Shown in pieces: positions 9,044 to 17,334 of a stretch of DNA of 52,341 bases. The notes beneath the pieces were generated by a model that was not told the origin of the DNA, ran no database searches, and worked only from the letters and a program-made list of their open reading frames with translations. The translations under genes and the position numbers were made by a program. Source of the DNA: a virus. Taxonomy: Duplodnaviria; Heunggongvirae; Uroviricota; Caudoviricetes. Location: the IMG/VR virus record IMGVR_UViG_3300013126_000013, one strand, 5' to 3'. The stretch's first letter is position 1. Every line of letters begins with the position of its first letter.

Positions 9044-12000
9044 TTAGTACTTAATGACTGGATTCGGCGTTGAGAAATTCTTCTTACGCATGATGGTCTT
9101 TGCTACGATGTCGATCTCATCATTCTTTTCGTCGTACTTGATTACGACTGGCATGTTGAGGTCTGACTGAAGATCTTTTACTACAAGTTCAGCACCGGCT
9201 TTTCCCTTAAGAGGGTTGCCGTTCTTTGCATAGATCTTTTTGATCAAATCTGCAAGTTCTTTAAGCTTAATCTTTGGTGAGTTGCGATCATCATTCATAC
9301 GCTCACCAAAGTGTTTAGTGAACTCAAAGTCAATCTTGAATTTCTCGAACATACGATCGACAAACTTTTCGAAGTCTTTCATCTTTGATGCGGTGATTTC
9401 AACATCAGCTTCTTCTGACAAAGAACCTTCAACTTCCATCAGAGCTTCAAAGGCCTCGTTGATGCCATCAGTGATCTTTGGCTTCTTTGGTGTACCCTTT
9501 TCGCCGGGAGTTGCGGCTTTATAATTCTGAACAAGAGTATCTGTATTTTCAAATCCAGCGCCATATGCTTCATAGTAAGCTCTAAAGTGCTTCATCTTTT
9601 TTGCACGCTTAAGAGCTGCATCGATGTGCTTTTCGACATGATCTTCATCGCCATCGTTTGATTCTGGCGGAATCACTGGAGTAGGAATAGCCTGTTCAAA
9701 TGCTACACCTTTACGGGTGTGCTTCTTTTCGCCGGAATATTTTTTAAGTAATTTTTTCGTATCAGCAGGGTCGCCAATTGTCTCGTCTGGGGCCGCGTAT
9801 TTAAAATCAAACTCATCTACATCACCATCGAGATCTGTATCAATGTGTTTAACATTATCTTTGTACTGATGTTTGAATGGAACACCGATACCAAGGTGAT
9901 GCTTCACCGACATCTTATCTTCTTTTACGGTCTTAGCCGACGCTATCCAATCCTTAGCAGCTGGGTTTGTTGGAAGAACCTTTGCCCACGTGCTGATCTT
10001 ACGATACACGCCAGTGACTGCACCTTCGAAGTTAGATCCTTCGGAGTTGTCGATGATATACATGCGGTTGCCGAAGAAGTTCTGGAACTTACCAAGGTTC
10101 TTCTGTACACCGTTCCACATCGTCTCGACTTCTGAGTCTGGAAGCGAGCGAGCGCGCAGACGGTTACGAGTCTTTGCGGTGGCGAGGTCGGTGTTAACAA
10201 AGATCATTGCAACTTCGTAGCCAAGCTTCTTTAGTTTCTCAGCTTGCTTCTCGATCTTGTCGTAGTCTTTACCGGTTCCGTCGATTACGAGACCAAGACG
10301 ACCATTCAGTGCAAGATCTTGCTTCTTCGCCGTAAGAGCTTTTGCTTCACCACGAATCTCTTGACCCTTTGCAGAGTAGATGTCTTCTGGGGTTGCCTTA
10401 AGTCCTGCCTTTGCAAGTGCTCTTTCGAAGATATCGTCAGAGTTGATCACTTTGAATCCGAGTGCAGTCAATGCGGTCTTACCTACGATGAACGACTTAC
10501 CGGATCCTGGGCCACCTGCAAGGAATACTGCCTTGAAGATTGATGGGTCGTTAACACCTTCATCAAGTAATGTTTCAAACAAATCGTCTGCAGATTCTTT
10601 AATGCCGTGCATGTCACGGTACTTACTTGCCAACTGACGACCAGTCAGGCCAATATCGTAAGATTTTGCGATATCGAAAGCGTATGAGTTTAGGCTTGAA
10701 CGATTGCCCTTTGATTTGTAGAGTCTATCAAGTGCTTCAAGCGCTCTCTTCATTATCACTTCAGTTGGTGATGGAAAGTGCTTATCTTCCTTCAGACCTT
10801 TTGCAAGGTCTGCGTCTGCAGTTGTGCGAGTCTTACCGCCAGTGATGAACGAATTGACACGTGCATATCCCCACTGTTGCGGAGTAGTTCCTGGACGATG
10901 ACCAGTTCTCCACGCAGCAACACCACGGTCAAATACTTTCTTCAGAGTGCCGTACGAGATGCCAGACTTCTCGGCTTTTTTCTTAAGACCTTCCATTGCC
11001 TTTGCTTCGTCGAGATTAATTGAGTTATTGATATCTTCTGCAATCATAATCATTTCGAGAAGATCTGCATCATTCTCTACTTCGATTTCTTCTTGACGAA
11101 CAATATGGCGGAATGCACGGAAACGGCGATCATATTTAAGCGATCCATCTCCATTATACATCATGTGATAACGGCGAGTATGGACAGATGGCTTCGTCTT
11201 AGCAGTAGCATCTCCAGGTGCAGGCTTATATGCAGCTGGATTATCGTCGTCCATCTTTGCATGTTTATTGAAGTGAGCTTTACGCTTTGTTGCAGTCGAC
11301 TTACTTAGACCTGCATAGTAGTCTTCATCAAGGAAAGACTCGAACATCTGATCGATATCCTCTTTCTGCTGGTGCAGCGAAGCAACTCTTTGTAGTTCAG
11401 CCTTGCGTACCTTTGGAAGAAGTCGAGCAGCGATCTTCGCAATTGCGCCTTTTCTCTTCTCGACTTTTTGATCGATCATGATCTTTTCTGAAGGAGAAAG
11501 GTCTGCGTAATTCGCGCCTCGCTCACCTGCTACTCTTTTACGGATAAGTTCAATTGCTTTCTTACGTGCTCTCACTGCAAGCTTTTGATTCGAAGCAATC
11601 CGATTCTTTAATCTCTCACGAGCCGCTTCCATCTTGCGCTCGTACTTTCTCATTACGAGAGCGCGCTTTCTACGCTGGGCATATGAGAGAACATATTCGT
11701 CAAGCTCAACATCTTCTGATAGTTTCATACCAGCTCTTACCATATCGTAGATGTCTTGAGCATGTGATTGAAGCTTCTTTGGAAGGCCGGATTTAAACTT
11801 TTCTTCTTCACCCTTCGAAGCGGCATCTCTCATCTTCGATGCCGACATGCCTTCAACACCATCAGCATCAGGATCTCTTTCACCTGCAGAAACAACGGCG
11901 ATTGATTTCATCGTGTAGTCTTTACCGTTGTACTTGTTAAGAAGAGTTTCAAACTCTTGTACGCGATCTTGTCCAACCACAAGCGTAACATCATCATACT

Positions 12001-12334
12001 TCGACTGAAGTTGTTTCATGAGGTCAATGATAGTTTTTGCAGGTGAAGACTGAATGATACTGCCAAATGCTTCTTTGGCAATCATGACTTTATCAGAATA
12101 TGAAAGTGGATTCTTTTTTGCGTCTTGTGACTGGCTCAAGTAAATTTCGGCTTTGCCACCGATTTTACGAGCAACGTCTTGAACCTTTTTCACTAGCTTT
12201 TCATGACCAATCGTAGGAGGGTTCATTCTTCCCCAAGAGATAACGACTTTTCTCGATGAAGCTTCCTTAAGAACTGGATTTACTTCAATAACGTTCTTGT
12301 TAAGCTTCTCGTCCTTTTTAGACTTCTTTTCCAT
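9044..12334 (-). CDS. 1096-aa multidomain polyprotein: HIGH-family nucleotidyltransferase, basic modules (DUF5824-like), P-loop kinase, C-terminal putative RNase fold
   Basis: GRMNPPTIGH (aa 35-44); AGGPGSGKS (aa 606-614); TKHFGERM (aa 1006-1013); domain boundaries marked by LDE/LKE/VKE/LSE. Confidence 0.85.
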   Translation of the reverse strand: MEKKSKKDEKLNKNVIEVNPVLKEASSRKVVISWGRMNPPTIGHEKLVKKVQDVARKIGGKAEIYLSQSQDAKKNPLSYSDKVMIAKEAFGSIIQSSPAKTIIDLMKQLQSKYDDVTLVVGQDRVQEFETLLNKYNGKDYTMKSIAVVSAGERDPDADGVEGMSASKMRDAASKGEEEKFKSGLPKKLQSHAQDIYDMVRAGMKLSEDVELDEYVLSYAQRRKRALVMRKYERKMEAARERLKNRIASNQKLAVRARKKAIELIRKRVAGERGANYADLSPSEKIMIDQKVEKRKGAIAKIAARLLPKVRKAELQRVASLHQQKEDIDQMFESFLDEDYYAGLSKSTATKRKAHFNKHAKMDDDNPAAYKPAPGDATAKTKPSVHTRRYHMMYNGDGSLKYDRRFRAFRHIVRQEEIEVENDADLLEMIMIAEDINNSINLDEAKAMEGLKKKAEKSGISYGTLKKVFDRGVAAWRTGHRPGTTPQQWGYARVNSFITGGKTRTTADADLAKGLKEDKHFPSPTEVIMKRALEALDRLYKSKGNRSSLNSYAFDIAKSYDIGLTGRQLASKYRDMHGIKESADDLFETLLDEGVNDPSIFKAVFLAGGPGSGKSFIVGKTALTALGFKVINSDDIFERALAKAGLKATPEDIYSAKGQEIRGEAKALTAKKQDLALNGRLGLVIDGTGKDYDKIEKQAEKLKKLGYEVAMIFVNTDLATAKTRNRLRARSLPDSEVETMWNGVQKNLGKFQNFFGNRMYIIDNSEGSNFEGAVTGVYRKISTWAKVLPTNPAAKDWIASAKTVKEDKMSVKHHLGIGVPFKHQYKDNVKHIDTDLDGDVDEFDFKYAAPDETIGDPADTKKLLKKYSGEKKHTRKGVAFEQAIPTPVIPPESNDGDEDHVEKHIDAALKRAKKMKHFRAYYEAYGAGFENTDTLVQNYKAATPGEKGTPKKPKITDGINEAFEALMEVEGSLSEEADVEITASKMKDFEKFVDRMFEKFKIDFEFTKHFGERMNDDRNSPKIKLKELADLIKKIYAKNGNPLKGKAGAELVVKDLQSDLNMPVVIKYDEKNDEIDIVAKTIMRKKNFSTPNPVIKY

Positions 12335-12390
12335 AAGATTCTCCTCACATCGTGGGTTTGCCTTAGCCTGACCACAAGCTTCTATTTAAC

Positions 12391-13071
12391 CTATTTATAG
12401 TTTTGCTGAAATGAATCGATGAATTTGTAGTTTACAGCAGCCGACTTACTCCAAAGCGTCGATTCACGAAGCCAACCAATAGCTGGAGTTGGATCCATAA
12501 TTGCAAGAGGAGTAGCAGTAATTCGTTGATGCCGAATAAAATATGCGTTATCGATACACCCAAGAATACCCTTGGTTTCTATTTCTTTCACCATCGCTCT
12601 TGCAGTATTTGGAGTCAACGCATATGCATGAGCTCCTTCATGCGCGTCTAATTCTCTTACACCCTGAGGAGGACCTGCCTTTATGTGGTCATATCTTGAA
12701 GTATCTGTTAACTTATAGCCGAGTACTACGATTCTATCATCTGGTATATCAACGCTTGGATTGTGCAGCATGATTGCATCATGTTCGAGTACCACTGCTG
12801 CCTCATTACCGTCTGCGATCTTTTTCCATATTGCTGCATGACCAGCAGAACAACATTGTGGATTATTCGGTCTTGTATCGTGTTGAAATAAATGAAGAGT
12901 AGCTGTATTGATCTTAGTTTTTGACCAAGCATCATAAACGGACATGTTCGAATAACCTTCGAAATACTCCCAATCTAATCCAACTGCTTCACAGGACTTA
13001 GCACAAATCCTTGCGTACTCTCTTGATATTGGATTATCAATCGTTAAAATATAAGCTCTAGTTGGTTTCAT
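12391..13071 (-). CDS. Glycosyltransferase family 25-like
   Basis: RAYILTI...WEYFEG...CCSAGHAAIW..I......VVLEHDA...GAHAYALTP..A...ID; start taken at MKPTR. Confidence 0.75.
   Translation of the reverse strand: MKPTRAYILTIDNPISREYARICAKSCEAVGLDWEYFEGYSNMSVYDAWSKTKINTATLHLFQHDTRPNNPQCCSAGHAAIWKKIADGNEAAVVLEHDAIMLHNPSVDIPDDRIVVLGYKLTDTSRYDHIKAGPPQGVRELDAHEGAHAYALTPNTARAMVKEIETKGILGCIDNAYFIRHQRITATPLAIMDPTPAIGWLRESTLWSKSAAVNYKFIDSFQQNYK
12392..12399 (-). promoter_or_regulatory. T4-type late promoter
   Basis: Exact TATAAATA 58 nt upstream of the polyprotein start. Confidence 0.8.
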
Positions 13072-13615
13072 ATTCGATAAGGGCCATCTGCACTGGGTTA
13101 TTATGATAAGCATACTTGTATGTTTCTACAATCTTAAATCCTTCACACGTAGAAGCGTATGCGCTTGGTACACCATACATCGCAAAGTCGTCGATAAGAA
13201 TGTTTTTCAACTTCAGATGTTTAGCCATTTGTATATCATTGATTGCGCCATGTACACTGTGATCGCCATCGATGTTAATAATATCTACACCTTCTGGAAA
13301 TTGAAGAGTGCCATTCTTAAGACCTTTATAGTAATCTACAGTATTCATTTCAATATAGCTGAAACGATTTCCAAATTTTTCTTTCAGAGATTCAACCGCT
13401 ACCCGAGTATAAGGATGAGCTCCAATATCAATAGAGGTGACCTTTACATCTTCAAACATCGTCATAATGATAGCAGCCGAATGACCCGCATTTGTACCGA
13501 TTTCAAAAATATGTTGAAAGTTTGTGCGAGCTTTAACATCTTTCCAGAGATTAAGAACCTCAGTAGATGGTGTCATGTGGCCTTCAGTCGCGTGAGGCAA
13601 AAATGATAAATCCAT
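13058..13615 (-). CDS. Class I SAM-dependent methyltransferase (Methyltransf_24-like)
   Basis: IFEIGTNAGHS (motif I), VTSIDI, INIDGDHS, ILIDD. Confidence 0.8.
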   Translation of the reverse strand: MDLSFLPHATEGHMTPSTEVLNLWKDVKARTNFQHIFEIGTNAGHSAAIIMTMFEDVKVTSIDIGAHPYTRVAVESLKEKFGNRFSYIEMNTVDYYKGLKNGTLQFPEGVDIINIDGDHSVHGAINDIQMAKHLKLKNILIDDFAMYGVPSAYASTCEGFKIVETYKYAYHNNPVQMALIEYETN

Positions 13616-13629
13616 AATAACTCCTTCAT

Positions 13630-13658
13630 AAAACAAAAGGAGAGCCGAAACTCTCCTT
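13630..13658 (-). terminator. Intrinsic terminator
   Basis: AAGGAGAG-tttcgg-CTCTCCTT followed by TTGTTTT on the minus strand. Confidence 0.75.
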
Positions 13659-13684
13659 GACTCAATTCTATTTATTATAATCGA

Positions 13685-13825
13685 TCAGTACCAACGGATT
13701 TTGCGGCGATCAAGTTCTTGCATTCTGCGCTCAAGGTCGACGTGATCGTATGACTCTGCAAGATATTTGTGTGCCCAAGATTTTTCGTCTAATCGTTCGA
13801 AAAATTTAACGATTTTCTTCCACAT
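13685..13825 (-). CDS. 46-aa DUF3563-like protein
   Basis: Manual translation: MWKKIVKFFERLDEKSWAHKYLAESYDHVDLERRMQELDRRKIRWY; the YLAES.D..DLERRM..LDR pattern is recalled for DUF3563. Confidence 0.6.
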   Translation of the reverse strand: MWKKIVKFFERLDEKSWAHKYLAESYDHVDLERRMQELDRRKIRWY

Positions 13826-13880
13826 CACTTGCCACCTTTATTCTTTTCAATGGGTTTAAAATATGAATGATCTGGATCTA

Positions 13881-14111
13881 TCATTTGCGACCTGCCTTGT
13901 AAATGTTAGCAGCCATATTTGTCACATAATCTAGCGATTCATGTGGATACTCAAACTTGAGTGAGTGAGCAAGCTCTTTAATTTTTCTTTTGTCTGATTC
14001 TTCAGAAGGAAGTGCCTTTAGCATAAACTCGATTGAGCGAAGGATTCCATTTGATATTGAGATGCTTAATGGGGTAAGCATTTTAGCAGATTCATTTACT
14101 GCAGCGAACAT
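13881..14111 (-). CDS. Hypothetical protein
   Basis: ORF with GGAG upstream, on the same strand as its neighbours. Confidence 0.55.
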   Translation of the reverse strand: MFAAVNESAKMLTPLSISISNGILRSIEFMLKALPSEESDKRKIKELAHSLKFEYPHESLDYVTNMAANIYKAGRK

Positions 14112-14207
14112 TTCTTTTTCTCCGTATACTGTACCTTTGTCATACGGATATATTTATCACAAAAAGTCGACAGTTTACATTGACATTTAGGAATAGCCGG
14201 TAGTCAC

Positions 14208-15500
14208 TTAAGTAACTTCTTGCCAACTCATTGAACCAAGTACATCATCTCCAGAACCATTTGAACAACACGCTAAGGTAAATGTGAAATAAGTCCCAGT
14301 AAAACTGTTTCTCTCTAACTGGTACTTAAATAAATCACTTTGTGAAGGAATTGATCCGGTTGATTGCGAAGTCGTAGCAAAATATCCTGTATCCGTATCT
14401 TCACCGCCGCTCATTGCTGTGCCAGTGATATTATATTGAACGTTACTATCAGCTAAATCAACCCAAGTGCCAGCCGTGATTGTTGCGTCTTTTGTTAATT
14501 TATAACGATAGTTGCCGTTAGTCACCCCAAGTAATGAAAAACTTGTAGGTATTACTATACAATCTGGTGTAGTCGATTTTAATCTAATAGAGATGATTGG
14601 ATAAAATGTATTTGCGGAAGTTAGATCTCTGGCTGCATTTGTCGCTAAACCTAATGATCTAGATCTGCCACGTATCTCGTATCCACCTTCTGAAATTACT
14701 GTTGAACATACTTGTTTAAGTGTTGAATTTGATGCAGTTGCTCCAATGTTTTCTATCTCAAACCTTAATGGTAAACACGCAGTGGTAATATATGTCGTCG
14801 TGATTATGTTTGAGTGATGAAAACTGTGACAATGTACAAAAGCACCGTTTATAACAAAGCCCATTCTAACAGTGCCTAAGCCCAACCATTCTAAATCTGT
14901 GAACAAAATCTGTGCTTTAGATATATCTAAGGTAAGACCACTTGGTCCAGTACCATCAAGTTTATCAATATTCCAATCGGCCTTTTCAGCAATAGTGTTA
15001 ACGACACTACCGGTCACTGAACTACGTTCTACAAAGCGAATATTCGATCCATTTAATTCAAGGTAGTGCCCATTGTTGGTGCCATAATATCCAACACGTT
15101 GTCTTAAATTGGCCTTTGCCGCATTCATTACAAATGTTGTTAAGATCAGTAAACTTTTACCTGGCTGATAAGCAAATACTCTTTTTGATTCTCTGTATAC
15201 ATAGTCACCAGATGCTGTACCTATGCTAAGATCTACAAGTCCTTGATCAGAGTTAAACGTAGCTGTGCTACTGCCGCCAGCGGTTGCTGTTGCAAACTTG
15301 CCATTATCTGAATACCTATGAAAGCTATCGAACAATGTAAATGGATTTGAAACTCTTGCTCGGCCAAACGCATCAACTGCAACACCAGTTGGGTTCGACG
15401 AGCCAACTAGATTACCATACTGATCGGCTAACATTACTGTTTCAAACAGCGTCTTATTATCACTGGTGTACTGATGAGTATTTTTGTTAAACTGTGCCAT
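14208..15500 (-). CDS. Beta-rich probable virion structural protein
   Basis: Starts MAQFNK (TAATG overlap); DAFGRARVSNPFTLFD, YQPGKS, WLGLGTVRMGF; Thr/Ser/Gly-rich. Confidence 0.65.
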   Translation of the reverse strand: MAQFNKNTHQYTSDNKTLFETVMLADQYGNLVGSSNPTGVAVDAFGRARVSNPFTLFDSFHRYSDNGKFATATAGGSSTATFNSDQGLVDLSIGTASGDYVYRESKRVFAYQPGKSLLILTTFVMNAAKANLRQRVGYYGTNNGHYLELNGSNIRFVERSSVTGSVVNTIAEKADWNIDKLDGTGPSGLTLDISKAQILFTDLEWLGLGTVRMGFVINGAFVHCHSFHHSNIITTTYITTACLPLRFEIENIGATASNSTLKQVCSTVISEGGYEIRGRSRSLGLATNAARDLTSANTFYPIISIRLKSTTPDCIVIPTSFSLLGVTNGNYRYKLTKDATITAGTWVDLADSNVQYNITGTAMSGGEDTDTGYFATTSQSTGSIPSQSDLFKYQLERNSFTGTYFTFTLACCSNGSGDDVLGSMSWQEVT

Positions 15501-16732
15501 TAACGCTGCCATCCTTTGATAATTTCAGGCGAAAAGTTTGCACGGCTAAACTGAAGTCGATCGACTAGTTTTACTGCATTTTTGCCCATGTGATCGATTA
15601 CAACAAATCCTTCTTGCTCTGTGACTTTATAGCCATCAGCAGTTTTAAGGAACGTTCCAATCTGTTTTGCTTTATCTAGTTTTCGTACAATGAGATGCTT
15701 GGCATCAACAATGAGATTATACATATCAAAGATTTTCACAATTTCAGTTTTAGGTGTATTTGCGAAGTACTTCATGACTTCAGCACGTTTCGCTTCACCT
15801 GCGGCCTTTGCCTTATCTGTTGCTTTCTTATCGATCTCTTTCTGATAGAAGTCATGCACGTACTTCGTAAGACCATCGACAAACTGAGTTGTATTACCAA
15901 TACGTTCGCCGACTCGCACCTTTGAGTTAATATATGCTTTTACTCGAATGAGCAGATCGTCATTGTCAGAAATACCATCAAGAGAAGATCTCTTCAAGCC
16001 AGAAAAGATCTTTCCAGCTTTCGACAAGAGTTCAGTAATTTCTTTCGTTTCAGCGGCGTTGAAGTTTGCCGAACCAGAAACGTCTTTATAGGATGCATCT
16101 ACTGACCAGACCGATTTTGTTTTCTTGAGGCCGCTTGCGATCTCCTCTCCAAAACTCGCTGACATTGATTCAAAAGAGTTTCCTCTGTATGTAGTGTGCC
16201 AGACCACACCGATTCTTGAGGCAAGGATTTCACGAGCAAGTTGGCTGTTCTTCGGTATCGCGTAAACAATCGTGTTAGGATGGAAAGTAATATACGGTTC
16301 TCCATCAATATCCACTTCTCGTATATCTTCTTTCGAATATAAGAAGTCACCTTGCACCACTCCTGTAATGCCGAGCTTTGAAAGTTCTTCAAGAGCAACT
16401 TTCAGCTTAGCGTTCAAATCACCTGATGTATCTGCATCAATATCAGCTGGTGTCTTATACACCTTTGGGTCCTTATTGAAGATACCCTTCTTTGCCACAA
16501 AGAATTTACCATCGCTTGGATCAATGCCGGCAAAGACTGCAGGAGCACCATCCCACTTGATCGTTACGTTAACAGACTTTGCAGAGCTTCCTGCTAGCAT
16601 GTCACGAAGAGAACGTAGATAGTTAATAGATTGACGAACACCTTCGACGCCAGCATTTAAGATGTTATCCTCGAGATGCTCCATGTGAGTGTTCTTTGAT
16701 TCTACGAGAAACCGGTCGAATGATAGCATCAT
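15500..16732 (-). CDS. DUF6267-like protein with covalent nucleotidyltransferase (ligase-like) motifs
   Basis: KNTHMEHLED N-terminus; TIKWDG (motif I), VQGDF (III), EQEGFVV (IV), VKLVDR (V). Confidence 0.7.
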   Translation of the reverse strand: MMLSFDRFLVESKNTHMEHLEDNILNAGVEGVRQSINYLRSLRDMLAGSSAKSVNVTIKWDGAPAVFAGIDPSDGKFFVAKKGIFNKDPKVYKTPADIDADTSGDLNAKLKVALEELSKLGITGVVQGDFLYSKEDIREVDIDGEPYITFHPNTIVYAIPKNSQLAREILASRIGVVWHTTYRGNSFESMSASFGEEIASGLKKTKSVWSVDASYKDVSGSANFNAAETKEITELLSKAGKIFSGLKRSSLDGISDNDDLLIRVKAYINSKVRVGERIGNTTQFVDGLTKYVHDFYQKEIDKKATDKAKAAGEAKRAEVMKYFANTPKTEIVKIFDMYNLIVDAKHLIVRKLDKAKQIGTFLKTADGYKVTEQEGFVVIDHMGKNAVKLVDRLQFSRANFSPEIIKGWQR

Positions 16733-17334
16733 ACTTTCCTTACTGATCCGTCATGGTGAACGTGATATGCCTCGAACGATATGTCCGGATACTGCTTTGC
16801 AAGAGCCTTAAACATCGTAATGTTTGACATCGCGTCATCAAAGAAGCGTACTCTCTCGTACTCTCCCTTGCGTAGATATTTATGGAATATGAAGCGTTTG
16901 TTCTTTGCGCTCGATCCTAGACCTAAGTTACCAGCTCTTTCAACATACACCTTATCTATATCTATTCCATATCTACGGAATGTGTCAAGGAACTTTTTCT
17001 TATCGTCGAAGTCCGATCTAGCAGTCACGATAATAACTCTAGACCCAGCATTTACCGCATTGCGTATAATTGCTTTTGCCTTTTGAACCATCTTCATGAT
17101 AGGAACAGAGGTATTCTGGAAGATCTCAGCTGAAGTAAATTCACCGAAGTCGTATGACTCGCCATCCTTAAGCTTATATGTATTAAAAGCTTGGTTATCA
17201 AGAGACTGAACTACTTTTCCGTCCTTCACTACCTTAACTAAAGCCTTAGTCTGAAAAAGTGTCTCATCTATGTCAAAGATCGTTAGACCTTTACCACGAG
17301 CTTGTTCTGTTATAAACGACTTAAATGATAGCAT
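16729..17334 (-). CDS. HAD-superfamily phosphatase
   Basis: IFDIDETL (DxDxT), IVTAR, K, FFDD; starts MLSFKSFITE. Confidence 0.85.
   Translation of the reverse strand: MLSFKSFITEQARGKGLTIFDIDETLFQTKALVKVVKDGKVVQSLDNQAFNTYKLKDGESYDFGEFTSAEIFQNTSVPIMKMVQKAKAIIRNAVNAGSRVIIVTARSDFDDKKKFLDTFRRYGIDIDKVYVERAGNLGLGSSAKNKRFIFHKYLRKGEYERVRFFDDAMSNITMFKALAKQYPDISFEAYHVHHDGSVRKV

Noticed and set aside
13669-13676. AATAAATA late-promoter variant upstream of the methyltransferase
   Set aside because: An intrinsic terminator (13630-13658) lies between it and the start codon, so it is unlikely to drive the gene.
13825-13884. 19-aa ORF MIDPDHSYFKPIEKNKGGK (and an 18-aa ORF at 19449-19505)
   Set aside because: Translational coupling is plausible, but they are too short to support from sequence alone.
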